Of a stretch of 58,906 bases of DNA, positions 8,501-17,394 are shown piece by piece. Below the pieces are notes generated by a model. It had not been told where the DNA came from. It saw nothing but the letters and a program-made list of their open reading frames with translations, and made no database searches. This DNA is from Oscillospiraceae bacterium (lineage in GTDB: Bacteria > Bacillota > Clostridia > Oscillospirales > Ruminococcaceae): NCBI GenBank assembly GCA_035593545.1, contig DAOSWK010000001.1, positions 1-58,906 of the forward strand, in the 5' to 3' direction. The stretch's first letter is position 1. Every line of letters starts with the position of its first letter. The position numbers and the translations under genes were made by a program.

Positions 8501-9879
8501 ATGCCGGTGAGCTCGGTGATGCGCTCGGGAATATGCTTCTCCGGATCGACGAAGGTGCAGAATTCCTCCCGGATCTCGCCGCCTACAATACGGACCGCGC
8601 CGATCTCGGTGATGCGGTCCATCGTGGCGGAGAGGCCGGTGGTTTCGAGGTCGAAGGCGATGATCTCGCCGTTAAAAGGCACAGCCGCGTTTCCGGTGAC
8701 GGATTGCACCGTATCGTCCACATAGTAGGCCTCGACGCCGTAGATCGGCTTGAAATACGGATCCTTGAGGGCGGCGACGGCGTTCATCACATCCGGAAAG
8801 CCCTGCGCGACGCCGTGATCCGTGATGCCGACGGCCCTGTGGCCCCAGCGGTGCGCCGTCTCGACGAATTTTCCGGCCTCGGTCACGCCGTCCATCTGCG
8901 ACATGTTGGTATGCAGGTGCAGTTCAACGCGCTTCTCCGGCTCGTCGTCCTGCCGGTAAAGGCGTTTGACCGTAGAAATATCATAGGGCCGAATCGTGAT
9001 ATCATGATCGTATTTATCATAGGAGGCGTCGCCCCGGGCCATGATCGTCATGCCCTTTTTGAGATCAAAAAGCGGCCCGGCCTCCTCTTTTTTCTTGATG
9101 ACTTTAAGAATATTGGAACCGGTGTAGTCCGTAATCATAATGGAAAGGATGACGCTCTCCCCATCGCGGGTTTCCCGGCTGTCGATGCTGAAGATGTCGC
9201 CCCAGACCGTGACTTTTCCGCTCTGCTGGTCGATATGGGAGAGCGGCTCCGGGCGCTGGCGGATCGGTTTTCCGATCAAAACCTCCATCTCGGAGGCGTC
9301 GATGGGCAACCCCGAGCAGTCGAAGCCACCCTTTTCCTTTGCCGCATGGGTTCGCTGCTTTGCGGATTCTTTATAAACCGAGGGCTTCGGCTCCGGCAGC
9401 GGCGCCGTGAACTCCGTGACCGCCGTGACGCCGCAGAACTCCACTGCGCAATCGAGGCCGAATTCCTCCCGGATGATCTCTCGGAGCGTCAGGTCGGCGC
9501 GCATTTTTTTGAGCATCTCCTCGCCGCCGTGGGCAAGGCGGATGCGGAGCCGGTTTTCGCAAAATGTTGCCTCCGCGCCGTCAAAAAAGCCGTTGATCGC
9601 GACGCCGCGGCGCTGGGCCTCCGTCAGAAGCTCCGTGAAATAATCCTCCGTCAGCAGTTCCGGTGGATAAACGGAAATAAGCCGGACGTCTTCCACGCCC
9701 AGTCTGACGGCAAGCGCCCGTTCCAGCGCATACAAATCCGATTTTCCCACCGTCTGTTTCGGAGCGATCTCCACCTTGATGCTTTGGCCCTCCCGGCCGA
9801 GCATGACCGAGCGCACCTCCGCTTCCGCCAGAACCGTTCCGGCGGAGATCCCGAAAATTTCCGACAGGGTCTTCCCCAT
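5596..9879 (-). CDS. polC: DNA polymerase III alpha subunit, PolC type
   Basis: 1427 aa with a 3'-5' exonuclease block (FDLETTGL, HNAGFDTGF), a PHP domain, a zinc finger (CPKCKHSEF...CPICG) and a polymerase core. Typical Firmicutes PolC. Confidence 0.98.
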   Translation of the reverse strand: MGKTLSEIFGISAGTVLAEAEVRSVMLGREGQSIKVEIAPKQTVGKSDLYALERALAVRLGVEDVRLISVYPPELLTEDYFTELLTEAQRRGVAINGFFDGAEATFCENRLRIRLAHGGEEMLKKMRADLTLREIIREEFGLDCAVEFCGVTAVTEFTAPLPEPKPSVYKESAKQRTHAAKEKGGFDCSGLPIDASEMEVLIGKPIRQRPEPLSHIDQQSGKVTVWGDIFSIDSRETRDGESVILSIMITDYTGSNILKVIKKKEEAGPLFDLKKGMTIMARGDASYDKYDHDITIRPYDISTVKRLYRQDDEPEKRVELHLHTNMSQMDGVTEAGKFVETAHRWGHRAVGITDHGVAQGFPDVMNAVAALKDPYFKPIYGVEAYYVDDTVQSVTGNAAVPFNGEIIAFDLETTGLSATMDRITEIGAVRIVGGEIREEFCTFVDPEKHIPERITELTGINDSMVRGAPKEEEAYRKFMDFCGPDAFLVAHNAGFDTGFLRMVSDRHHLGFCNSFADTVTMARSLYPELTNHKLDTLSNHLKLAPFNHHRASDDAKELALILLEMLKKIETEKHADNFSALNGLLGGTDPKKLPTYHLILIAKNQKGLKNLYELISLSHIRYFHRHPRVPKSILTQYREGLIVGSACEAGELYTAIREGKPHEELVRLASFYDYLEIQPLDNNRFLVREGMAENDEQLRNWNRQIVALGEELGIPVVATGDVHFLNPEDADYRKIIMNAVGFEHAEEQPSLYFKTTREMLDEFSYLGEEKAREVVITVPNRIADSVDFLRPIPEGTFTPSIEGAEEDLQKMCWKRAHEIYGDPLPPQVSERLEHELSSIIKHGYAVLYVIAQKLVSKSESEGYLVGSRGSVGSSFVASMSGISEVNPLPPHYVCPKCKHSEFVEDGSVGSGFDLPPKKCPICGAEYRRDGHEIPFETFLGFHGDKEPDIDLNFSSEYQTRAHRYTEELFGKSHVFKAGTIGTIAEKTAYGYVKKYCEERGITLHKAEEARLAGGCIGVKRTTGQHPGGMVVIPADHDVTDFCPIQHPADDPDAEVLTTHFDFHSLHDTILKLDELGHEVPMLYKHLEDLTGIRVLDVPMSDEKVYSLLQSPAALGVTPEEIDCKTGTFALPEMGTPFVRQMLMDAKPKNFADLIQIAGLSHGTDVWLGNAQDLIKNGTCTISNVIGTRDSIMTTLIRYGLEPSMAFKIMEITRKGKATKLLTDEHKQAMKEHGVPDWYLDSCLKIKYMFPKAHAVAYDIGAIRTAYFKVYYPLEFYAAFFTVRGGDFDAESALAGKAAVERKIKELEDLSNPTAKEEDSLTTLQIINEMLARGIECLPVDLYRSDAVKYVPEDGKLRLPFTALKGLGETAARSLQVGGTKGPYLSEDDIMARNSVGSGVMDILRAAGVLSGLPKTTQMNLFEMWGGS

Positions 9880-9902
9880 TCTTTTCCCGTCCTTCTATGT
9901 TT

Positions 9903-10955
9903 TCAGGGCCGCCCCTGTTCTATTTTTTCGATTTCCTCGAGAAGCGCCGCAAGCAGCTCGTTTTCCGGCACCTTATGGACGATCTCGCCCTTCCGGAAGA
10001 CGAGTCCGCAGCCGATGCCGCCCGCGATGCCGACGTCGGCCTCCCTCGCCTCGCCCGGCCCGTTGACCGCGCAGCCCATGACCGCCACTTTGATGGGCTT
10101 TTTGCAGCCCCGTAGTGCATCCTCCACCTCGTTCGTGAGCTTAATGAGGTCGATGCGCGTCCGGCCACAGGTCGGGCATGAGACGATGTTGACGCCCTCC
10201 TGACGCAGACCGATCGCCTTCAGAATGTCTTTCGCCGCATAAATTTCCCGCACCGGATCGGCGGTCAGCGTCACGCGGATCGTGGAGCCGATGCCGTCAA
10301 GCAACAGGCTCCCGATGCCGACGGCGTTTTTAATAAGGCCCATGCGCTCCGTCCCGGCCTCGGTCACACCGAGATGCAGCGGATAGTCGAAGCGCGCCGC
10401 GGCGAGGCGGCAGGCCTTCACCATGGTGCCGACGTCGCTCGATTTGATTGAGACGACGATGTCGTGAAAATTAAAGCCCTCCAGCATGCGGACATATTCT
10501 TCGGCGCTCTCGGCAAGGGCTTCGGCCGTCGGGGCGCCGTATTTTTCGAGCAGATGTTTTTCGAGCGAGCCGCTGTTGACCCCGATGCGGATCGCGGCGC
10601 CCGCTTTTCCACATGCCTCCGCGACCGCGCGGGTACGCTCCTCGCCGCCGATGTTGCCGGGATTGATCCGGATCTTGTCGGCGCCGACCTCCACCGCCGC
10701 CAGCGCAAGCCGATAGTCGAAGTGGATATCCGCGACGAGCGGAATATGGATTTTCTCTTTGATCGCAGGAATCAGCCGCACGGCGTCCATATCCGGAACG
10801 GCCGCCCGGAGAATCTCACAGCCGGCCTCTTCCAGCTCCACAGCCTGCGCGACGCTGCCCTCCAGATCGGTGGAAGGGATGCTCAGCATCGACTGGATGG
10901 CGACGGGATGGTTTCCGCCGATCGTGACGTTTCCAATTTTAACTTCCCTTGCCAT
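9903..10955 (-). CDS. ispG: 4-hydroxy-3-methylbut-2-en-1-yl diphosphate synthase
   Basis: MAREVKIGNVTIGG, ADKIRINPGNIG, CPTCGRT and GCAVNGPGE motifs. Confidence 0.95.
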   Translation of the reverse strand: MAREVKIGNVTIGGNHPVAIQSMLSIPSTDLEGSVAQAVELEEAGCEILRAAVPDMDAVRLIPAIKEKIHIPLVADIHFDYRLALAAVEVGADKIRINPGNIGGEERTRAVAEACGKAGAAIRIGVNSGSLEKHLLEKYGAPTAEALAESAEEYVRMLEGFNFHDIVVSIKSSDVGTMVKACRLAAARFDYPLHLGVTEAGTERMGLIKNAVGIGSLLLDGIGSTIRVTLTADPVREIYAAKDILKAIGLRQEGVNIVSCPTCGRTRIDLIKLTNEVEDALRGCKKPIKVAVMGCAVNGPGEAREADVGIAGGIGCGLVFRKGEIVHKVPENELLAALLEEIEKIEQGRP

Positions 10956-10957
10956 AC

Positions 10958-11983
10958 TCAGCCTCCATTGACGAGTTTCATGATGTCGTTCGCCGTGACG
11001 TAAATCATCAGCAGAATCAGCAGAATGAAACCCGCGCTATGGATGGCGGACTCCACTTTCTGATTGATGGGTTTCCCGCGGATCGCCTCCAGCAACATAA
11101 AGAGAATGCGTCCGCCGTCCAGCGCGGGCAGCGGCAGCAGGTTGACGACGCCGAGGTTGACCGTGACCAGCGCGACGATAAACAGCAGCGAATCGAGGCT
11201 CTGGGAGCTTGCCTCGGAGATCACCTCCGTGACGCCGACCGGCCCCGAAAGCTGGCTGATCGTGAACGTGCCTTTCAGCAGATCGCCGAAGCCGTGCCAC
11301 GCGAGTTTTACCAGCGCAAACGTCCAACCCGCCGAATATTTCACGACGCGCCAGACCGTCGGCTCCAAGCCGTAGACGCTGAAATCCAATACAATCGAGG
11401 AGACGCCCTCATAGTCCTTCATCTCAAAGACCACGCGGTCGAGCTCCACCTTTTCCCCATCCCGCAGAACCTCCATGCTGACGACGCCGTCCGGATCCCG
11501 GATCAGGGAATACACGATGTCGTTGTCGATCAGAACCTGCTCCCCGTTGACGGAGAGAATTCGGTCGTCCACTTTCAGATATTCTGCGGAGGAAGCCCCT
11601 TCGCTGAACCCGGCGATGACCGGCGTGCCGATCAATTCCTGACCGGAGGTCAAAATCACGGCCAAAATAAAGCCGAGCAGGATGTTCATGAACGCGCCGG
11701 CGGCCGTGACAAGGATGCGCTTCCAGACCGGACAGGCCATAAAAGAGCGCTCGGTCGGGATTTCACTCCCGTCGTCCTCGCCCTCCATGGCGACAAACGC
11801 GCCGATCGGAAATAGGCGCAGGCTGTAGGCCGTCTCTCCCTTTTTGACAGAAAAGAGCTTCGGCCCCATGCCGATTGCGAATTCATTCACTTTTATGCCG
11901 GCCCACTTGGCGGTCAGAAAATGACCCAGTTCGTGGAAAATCAGCATCACCGCAAAGCACAGGACTGCAATCAAAATACTCAT
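10958..11983 (-). CDS. rseP: RIP site-2 zinc metalloprotease (RseP/RasP)
   Basis: HELGHF zinc motif, internal PDZ region, multiple TM segments, C-terminal NLLPLPALDGG. Confidence 0.9.
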   Translation of the reverse strand: MSILIAVLCFAVMLIFHELGHFLTAKWAGIKVNEFAIGMGPKLFSVKKGETAYSLRLFPIGAFVAMEGEDDGSEIPTERSFMACPVWKRILVTAAGAFMNILLGFILAVILTSGQELIGTPVIAGFSEGASSAEYLKVDDRILSVNGEQVLIDNDIVYSLIRDPDGVVSMEVLRDGEKVELDRVVFEMKDYEGVSSIVLDFSVYGLEPTVWRVVKYSAGWTFALVKLAWHGFGDLLKGTFTISQLSGPVGVTEVISEASSQSLDSLLFIVALVTVNLGVVNLLPLPALDGGRILFMLLEAIRGKPINQKVESAIHSAGFILLILLMIYVTANDIMKLVNGG

Positions 11984-11992
11984 GATGAACGA

Positions 11993-13144
11993 TTATCTCC
12001 TAATTTGGTCTGTCAGGGAGGCGGCGAAAGCGCGTGCCTCCCGGTCTGCGGCAAAGACCGCTTCGAAGGAATCCTCCTCCGGAAGCGGCATCTCCACCGT
12101 CTTTTCGAGCACGGACGGAATGTCGTTGAAACCGATCCTCCCATCCAGAAAAGCGGCGACGGCGACCTCGTCCGCGGCATTGAACGCGGCACCCGCCGTA
12201 CCGCCGAGAGAAAGCGCCCGCCTCGCGATGCGCATAGAGGGGAACGCCTCATCGTCCGGCCGATAAAAAGTCAGCGCGCCGATCTCTGTAAGGTCAAGCT
12301 GCTTTACAATACTCGGCAGGCGTTCCGGCCACGTCAGCGCATACTGAATCGGCGTGCGCATATCCGGGACGCCAAGCTGGGCGAGCACCGAATGGTCGAC
12401 AAATTCAACCATCGAATGCACAACGCTCTCCCGATGAACGATTACCTCTATTTTATCCTGCGTCACCCCAAAAAGATGCGCCGCCTCCATAATTTCAAGT
12501 CCTTTGTTCGCCATGGTGGCGGAATCGACCGTCACCTTGCGGCCCATCGTCCATGTGGGATGCCGGAGCGCGTCCTCCAGGCGGACGAGGGTAAGTTCCT
12601 CCCGGCTCTTTCCGAAGAACGGGCCGCCGGACGCCGTCAGAATCAGTTTCCCGATCCGGCCGGGATCGCCCTTTGCCTGTAAGCACTGAAAGATCGCCGA
12701 GTGTTCGCTGTCCACCGGCAAAATTGTTACCCCATGTGCCGCCGCGTAATCCATCACGCGCTTTCCGCCGGCGACCAAAGTCTCCTTGTTGGCGAGCGCA
12801 AGCGTGTTTCCGGCTTCAATCGCGGCGAGCGAGGGCGCGAGGCCGGCGATCCCGGTGACGGCGTTGAGCACGATGTCGCAGGGATAAGCCGCCGCCTCCC
12901 TGACGCCCTCCGCGCCGGAGACAACTTTGATCTCCGTATCCGCGAGCGAAATTCGAAGGGCCGCGGCAGATGTTTCATTAAAGACGGCGACCAGTTCCGG
13001 GCGGAATTCCCTCGCCTGTTCCTCCAGCAGCGCCGTATTGCTTCCGGCGGCAAGAGCGGCGACCGAAACACCCATGCGGCGGCAGACATCCAGCGTCTGG
13101 GTGCCGATCGAGCCGGTGGAGCCGAGAACGGAAATTTGTTTCAT
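11993..13144 (-). CDS. dxr: 1-deoxy-D-xylulose 5-phosphate reductoisomerase
   Basis: VLGSTGSIGTQTL NADPH motif, LANKETLV, PVDSEHSAIFQC. Confidence 0.95.
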   Translation of the reverse strand: MKQISVLGSTGSIGTQTLDVCRRMGVSVAALAAGSNTALLEEQAREFRPELVAVFNETSAAALRISLADTEIKVVSGAEGVREAAAYPCDIVLNAVTGIAGLAPSLAAIEAGNTLALANKETLVAGGKRVMDYAAAHGVTILPVDSEHSAIFQCLQAKGDPGRIGKLILTASGGPFFGKSREELTLVRLEDALRHPTWTMGRKVTVDSATMANKGLEIMEAAHLFGVTQDKIEVIVHRESVVHSMVEFVDHSVLAQLGVPDMRTPIQYALTWPERLPSIVKQLDLTEIGALTFYRPDDEAFPSMRIARRALSLGGTAGAAFNAADEVAVAAFLDGRIGFNDIPSVLEKTVEMPLPEEDSFEAVFAADREARAFAASLTDQIRR

Positions 13145-13210
13145 AGGATGCCTTCTAACAAATATGCCGCTCTTTCGTGCGGCACAGATTTTATCCGATA
13201 TTCATGTCGG

Positions 13211-14041
13211 TCAGATGATGGGGAAGAAAAGATTCCAAAGATAGAGCAGCGGCGCGACAAAGAGCCAGCTGTCGAAGCGGTCCATAATCCCGCCGTGCCC
13301 CGGCATGACGTTGCCGTAATCCTTGATCCCGGATTGCCGCTTGATGACCGAAGCGCAGAGATCGCCGAGGATCCCCGCGGCCGCCCCGATCGGCAGAAAC
13401 AGGCACAGGGAGAGCCAGCGGATGGAAAGCGGTTCCCCGATCGCCGGCACGGCATATGACACATAGACCCAGCTCAGCAGGAGACTCAGGGCGATGCTTC
13501 CTATCACGCCGCCGACCGCGCCCTCGACCGTCTTTTTGGGACTGATCGTCGGGCAGAGCTTGCGCCGGCCGAACAGACGGCCGCTGAAGAACGCAAACGT
13601 ATCGTTGAGCCACGCGGCCGCAAAGCTCAGGAGGATGAGATAGAGGCCCTGAACGGTACTGAATTCCTCCCGGAAGACGAGCAGCATGGAGAATCCGAGC
13701 GGCACCGCAACCGAGACGAAAAACGCATAGCCGGCAGACGTCGCCCCGAACTTTTTCGGATCAAAAAGAACGAAGAGCATCAGAATTCCGCCAAAGACGA
13801 GGCAAACTTCCCTCAGGCCGACGGTCTTTGTGAAAACGAGCAGCGGGATGGCCGCCGCTGTGGCAAGACAAACCGGGATCACCGACGTATACCCGCAGAG
13901 ATGCTCGGCATGGAGCAACTCCCATACCGCCATCACGGAGAGCAGCGTCACCGCAGCGGGAAGCAGGAGCGTATGATAAAAATAAAGCACAACGCCGAGC
14001 AGCAAGAGCCCGACGAACGAAGTAATCAGGCGTTGTTTCAT
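13211..14041 (-). CDS. cdsA: phosphatidate cytidylyltransferase
   Basis: ORF 13211..14161 trimmed to ATG 14041 (MKQRLITSF). Signature SVIKRQSGIKDYGNVMPGHGGIMDRFDS; polytopic membrane protein. Confidence 0.9.
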   Translation of the reverse strand: MKQRLITSFVGLLLLGVVLYFYHTLLLPAAVTLLSVMAVWELLHAEHLCGYTSVIPVCLATAAAIPLLVFTKTVGLREVCLVFGGILMLFVLFDPKKFGATSAGYAFFVSVAVPLGFSMLLVFREEFSTVQGLYLILLSFAAAWLNDTFAFFSGRLFGRRKLCPTISPKKTVEGAVGGVIGSIALSLLLSWVYVSYAVPAIGEPLSIRWLSLCLFLPIGAAAGILGDLCASVIKRQSGIKDYGNVMPGHGGIMDRFDSWLFVAPLLYLWNLFFPII

Positions 14042-14072
14042 GAATTCCGTCCGTACCTTCCGTCTGTCAAAT

Positions 14073-14777
14073 TTACACGCCGCCGAAGCGCCGGTCCCTG
14101 CCCGCATATTCGGCCAGGGCTTTTTCCAGATGCGCAGGCGTAAAATCCGGCCAGAGCACATCCATGAAAATCAGTTCGGAATAGGCGCTCTCCCAGAGCA
14201 GGAAATTGGAGAGGCGCTCCTCCCCGCTGGGCCGGAGAATTAGATCCGCATCCGGCACCGCGGAATAGAGGTTCGCCGAGATCCGTTCCTCCGTGATCTC
14301 TTCCGGCGCGAGCTTTCCTTCCCGGACCTGCCGCGCGATCTCCCGCACCGCATGCAGGATTTCGTCCCGGCCCCCGTAGTTGAGCGCGATCTGAACGGTC
14401 AGCTTCACGTCGCTCACCTTGGCCGTTTCCGCCTTCTCCATCAGCGCGCGCAGATCGTCGGCCAGAGGCGCGCGGTCTCCGATAAACCGGATGGCGATAT
14501 GCTCTTTCGTCATGCCGTCCATCCGCCGGAGATAGCTGCGCATCAGCTCCATGACATCCTCGACTTCCTGTTTCGGGCGGCGCCAGTTTTCCGTGGAAAA
14601 GGCATAGACGGTGAGATAACGGATGCCGATGTCCCGGCAGTACCGCGCGATCGTCTCAAAGACCTCCGCGCCTTTTTTATGCCCGGCGCTCCTGGGAAGC
14701 CCCTTTTTCTTTGCCCAGCGTCCGTTGCCGTCCATGATGATGCCGAGATGCGCCGGCAGGATCCGCTCGTTTTTCAA
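14073..14777 (-). CDS. uppS: isoprenyl transferase (undecaprenyl-diphosphate synthase)
   Basis: GIIMDGNGRWAKKKG and ERLSNFLLWESAYSE motifs. Confidence 0.95.
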   Translation of the reverse strand: MKNERILPAHLGIIMDGNGRWAKKKGLPRSAGHKKGAEVFETIARYCRDIGIRYLTVYAFSTENWRRPKQEVEDVMELMRSYLRRMDGMTKEHIAIRFIGDRAPLADDLRALMEKAETAKVSDVKLTVQIALNYGGRDEILHAVREIARQVREGKLAPEEITEERISANLYSAVPDADLILRPSGEERLSNFLLWESAYSELIFMDVLWPDFTPAHLEKALAEYAGRDRRFGGV

Positions 14778-14814
14778 AATCCGGTTCCGCCTTTCGATAG
14801 AATTTCGCGGCAGA

Positions 14815-15369
14815 TCAGAGTTCCATGATCTCCGTGGATTTGCCTTCGGTCATGTCGTCGATCTGTTTGGTAAAATCGTCGGTCAGCTTCTGGCAGTCCT
14901 TCTCGATGTCCTTGCGGTCGTCCTCCGTGATGACTTTGTCTTTTTCTTGTTTCTTAATAAATTCATTGGCGTCGCGGCGAATGTTTCGCACGGAGATCTT
15001 CGCCTCCTCGGCATGTTTGTGGACCTCCTTGGAGAGCTCCTTGCGGCGCTCCTCGGTCAGCGGAGGGAAAACGAGCCGGATGCAGGTTCCATCGTTCTGC
15101 GGCGGGATGCCGATATCGGAGAGATTGATCGCTTTTTCGATCAGCTTGAGCGCGGAACGGTCCCAAGGCTGAATGACGAGGATCCGGGCTTCCGACACGG
15201 ATACGGCCGCCATCTGGTTGACTTTGGTCGGAGTGCCGTAATAATCGATGACCAGGCGGTCCAGCACGCCGGGGTTGGCGCGTCCGGCGCGGATGGAACC
15301 GAAATCCTCCTGAAGGGTTGCGATGATTTCTTCCATTTTCTCGTTAAAAGAGATGAGCTGTTCTCTCAT
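14815..15369 (-). CDS. frr: ribosome recycling factor
   Basis: 184 aa with IRAGRANPGVLD and VRNIRRDAN motifs. Position between pyrH and uppS. Confidence 0.95.
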   Translation of the reverse strand: MREQLISFNEKMEEIIATLQEDFGSIRAGRANPGVLDRLVIDYYGTPTKVNQMAAVSVSEARILVIQPWDRSALKLIEKAINLSDIGIPPQNDGTCIRLVFPPLTEERRKELSKEVHKHAEEAKISVRNIRRDANEFIKKQEKDKVITEDDRKDIEKDCQKLTDDFTKQIDDMTEGKSTEIMEL

Positions 15370-15468
15370 AGTTTTCCTCCATTTCTCCGGCTGAACAAAT
15401 ATTTTTTGAAAGATACGGACGCGCGCCGGAAAACGCCGTATCCAAAAAGCAAAGGTAATTTTGGCGGA

Positions 15469-16176
15469 TCAGCCTTTGACCAGCGTACCGATCTCCTCGC
15501 CGACAATGGCGCGGCAAATGTTGTCCGGATCGCTGAGGCTGAAAACAAGGATGGGAATGTGGTTGTCGCGGCACATGGCGACGGAGGTGGCGTCCAGAAC
15601 CCTGAGATCCTTCTCCAACACCTCGCCGAAGGTGAGGCTGTCGTACCTGACGGCGTCATCGTACTCGTTCGGATCCTTGTCGTAGACGCCGTCGACCAGC
15701 GTCGCTTTAAAAATCACATCGGCGTTGATCTCCGCCGCACGGAGGGAACTTGCGCTGTCGGTGGAGAAATAGGGGTTTCCGGTACCGCAGCCGAAGATGA
15801 CGATCCTGCCCTTTTCCAGATGGCGGATGGCTCTGTTGCGGATAAACGGCTCCGCAATCTCCGGCATGGAGATCGCGGTCATGACCCGCACCGGAACGCC
15901 CAACTGATTGAGCGTATCATAGAGCGCGAGCGCGTTGATGACGGTGGCCAGCATCCCCATGTGATCGGCCGTCGTGCGGTCCATGCCGCCGCTGGAACGG
16001 CCGCGCCAGAAGTTGCCTCCGCCTACAACAATTGCGATCTCCGCGCCCAAATCCGAGCATTTTTTGATGCTTTTACAGATGGTTTGTACGGTATGAAAGT
16101 CGATCCCGGTCTTTTGCCCGCCGGCAAGGGCTTCTCCGCTGAGCTTCAGAAGCACGCGCTTGTATTTCAGTTCCAT
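15469..16176 (-). CDS. pyrH: UMP kinase
   Basis: [33 protein letters not shown]. Confidence 0.95.
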   Translation of the reverse strand: MELKYKRVLLKLSGEALAGGQKTGIDFHTVQTICKSIKKCSDLGAEIAIVVGGGNFWRGRSSGGMDRTTADHMGMLATVINALALYDTLNQLGVPVRVMTAISMPEIAEPFIRNRAIRHLEKGRIVIFGCGTGNPYFSTDSASSLRAAEINADVIFKATLVDGVYDKDPNEYDDAVRYDSLTFGEVLEKDLRVLDATSVAMCRDNHIPILVFSLSDPDNICRAIVGEEIGTLVKG

Positions 16177-16211
16177 TGGTGCACAACTCCCCTTTTCCCC
16201 ATTTTAGCTTT

Positions 16212-16240
16212 ATTTTACATGATTGAATCAAAGAAGTAAA
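16212..16240 (-). promoter_or_regulatory. sigma-A type promoter for pyrH-frr
   Basis: Minus strand TTTACT (16240-16235), 17 nt, TAAAAT (16217-16212). A short leader follows with AAGGGGAG ahead of ATG 16176. Confidence 0.45.
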
Positions 16241-16288
16241 GGTTATTTTTATAAAAGGAAAGGGAATTCCGGCTCCGTGCCGCCCGAC

Positions 16289-16325
16289 AAAAAAGAAAAA
16301 GGCCGCGCCCTTCCGGGTACGGCTC
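16289..16325 (-). terminator. rho-independent terminator directly after the YxjI-like gene
   Basis: GGCCGCGCCC (16301-16310) / GGGTACGGC (16315-16323) stem with loop TTCC. Minus-strand T-run is the complement of 16289-16300. Confidence 0.6.
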
Positions 16326-16329
16326 TTTT

Positions 16330-16869
16330 TTAGGATTCCACTTTTTTATCCTCTTTTTGCCCGCTTTCGCAGGAAAAACAGTTGTCCCCGCAGTCCAACA
16401 AAACCGCCAGAACAAGAGCCTGAATCCTGTCTTCGGAGCCCCGGAGCGTGATCATATAATCGTCCTCCCAAGGGTTCCATTTTTTGCGGACAACGGAGAT
16501 TTCCCGTCCGTTTTTTCGCATTTCATAGACATGCTCAAGCAGGCTCCGATGCAGGACCCAACCGGTCGTCACATATTCCTCGCCCGTCAGGGTAAACCGT
16601 CTGTGAAGCTCCATCATCTGCCCGCCGCAGTCCAGACGGTATTTCCCCAGACCGATCTGTCCGACTTTTGCGACGATAGCGCCGTCCGCATCGTAAAAAT
16701 CCAGCTTTTTCTTCAGAAAACCACCGGAAAGATCCGCTTTCAGCAGCAGCTTTCCGTCTTTATCCATGATCCTGCATCCATGCATGCGAAAGATCATGGA
16801 AAGTTCTTCCGAATCCTCTATGTTTTCCATGGCTTCGATCCACTTATCAGTATGCTGACCCTTTCTCAA
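16330..16869 (-). CDS. LURP-one-related / YxjI-like (tubby C-terminal-like fold) protein; start uncertain
   Basis: The C-terminal ISVVRKKWNPWEDDYMITLRGSEDRIQALVLAVLLDCGDN matches the KKW..RD.Y.I...AL..A.D pattern remembered from B. subtilis YxjI / DUF567. Possible starts are 16869 (TTG), 16830 and 16797. Confidence 0.6.
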   Translation of the reverse strand: MRKGQHTDKWIEAMENIEDSEELSMIFRMHGCRIMDKDGKLLLKADLSGGFLKKKLDFYDADGAIVAKVGQIGLGKYRLDCGGQMMELHRRFTLTGEEYVTTGWVLHRSLLEHVYEMRKNGREISVVRKKWNPWEDDYMITLRGSEDRIQALVLAVLLDCGDNCFSCESGQKEDKKVES

Positions 16870-16893
16870 TAGTTGCGGAAGAAAGGTTTTTCA

Positions 16894-17205
16894 TCAACAC
16901 CGCAGGATGCGGATCAGAGAATTTCTCTTTCCGGCGGTATCGCCGATGAGTTTGCGCTCCGCTTTTAAGGCGGAAAAACCGGACATTCGCCTTTTCCGGG
17001 CGGAGGATTCCTGCTTTTCTTTCCGGATTTCCTTCTGCTCCTCCTGCCCCACGGCAAGATCGCCGGTGACCTGAGCATCGTGGCCGCCGTCGTCGGTGGG
17101 GATGGTCGGCGCGTTACAGATCATTCGGCCCTCCAGAAACACGGCAAGGATCAATATCACGAGAAAAAACGCCCGCAGGCGGTCGTTTCCGAACCTGTTT
17201 TCCAT
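16894..17205 (-). CDS. hypothetical membrane-anchored protein
   Basis: ORF 16894..17244 (GTG) trimmed to ATG 17205, which has AAGGGA 6 nt upstream. One N-terminal TM segment (AFFLVILILAVFL) followed by a charged Lys/Glu-rich tail. No family recognised. Confidence 0.4.
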   Translation of the reverse strand: MENRFGNDRLRAFFLVILILAVFLEGRMICNAPTIPTDDGGHDAQVTGDLAVGQEEQKEIRKEKQESSARKRRMSGFSALKAERKLIGDTAGKRNSLIRILRC

Positions 17206-17283
17206 CGTCAATCCCTTTTCTAAAACGAAAAAAAGACTCTTCACAGTACGGTCCGCGAAAAAGCCCTTTTCATAATACGGATT

Positions 17284-17311
17284 ACTATACCACCTTTTTC
17301 GGCTTTGTCAA
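17284..17311 (-). promoter_or_regulatory. sigma-A type promoter for the two-gene unit inserted between tsf and pyrH
   Basis: Minus strand TTGACA (17311-17306), 16 nt, TATAGT (17289-17284). Confidence 0.5.
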
Positions 17312-17340
17312 GGGTGTAAAAAGCAAAGAATTGTCTTATC

Positions 17341-17376
17341 AAAAAAGCCGCAGGAATCAATCCCGCGGCCTTTTTT
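17341..17376. terminator. rho-independent terminator after tsf (bidirectional shape)
   Basis: GCCGCAGGA (17347-17355) / TCCCGCGGC (17361-17369) stem with one mismatch. Six A lie before it and six T after it. Confidence 0.7.
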
Positions 17377-17394
17377 CTTCCGTTTGATCCGGAA

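Noticed and set aside
8407-10203. Very long ORFs antisense to well-identified genes: 8407..10203 (598 aa), 17407..19494 (695 aa), 14623..16239 (538 aa), 3304..4407, 6961..8031, 22583..23824, 50221..51528, 52025..52987, 44823..46052.
   Set aside because: Each lies opposite a gene with unmistakable family motifs (polC, tsf/rpsB, frr/pyrH and others). Their products are Arg/Gly/Ala/Asp-rich with no recognisable motifs and no SD. Open antisense frames are expected in GC-rich DNA.
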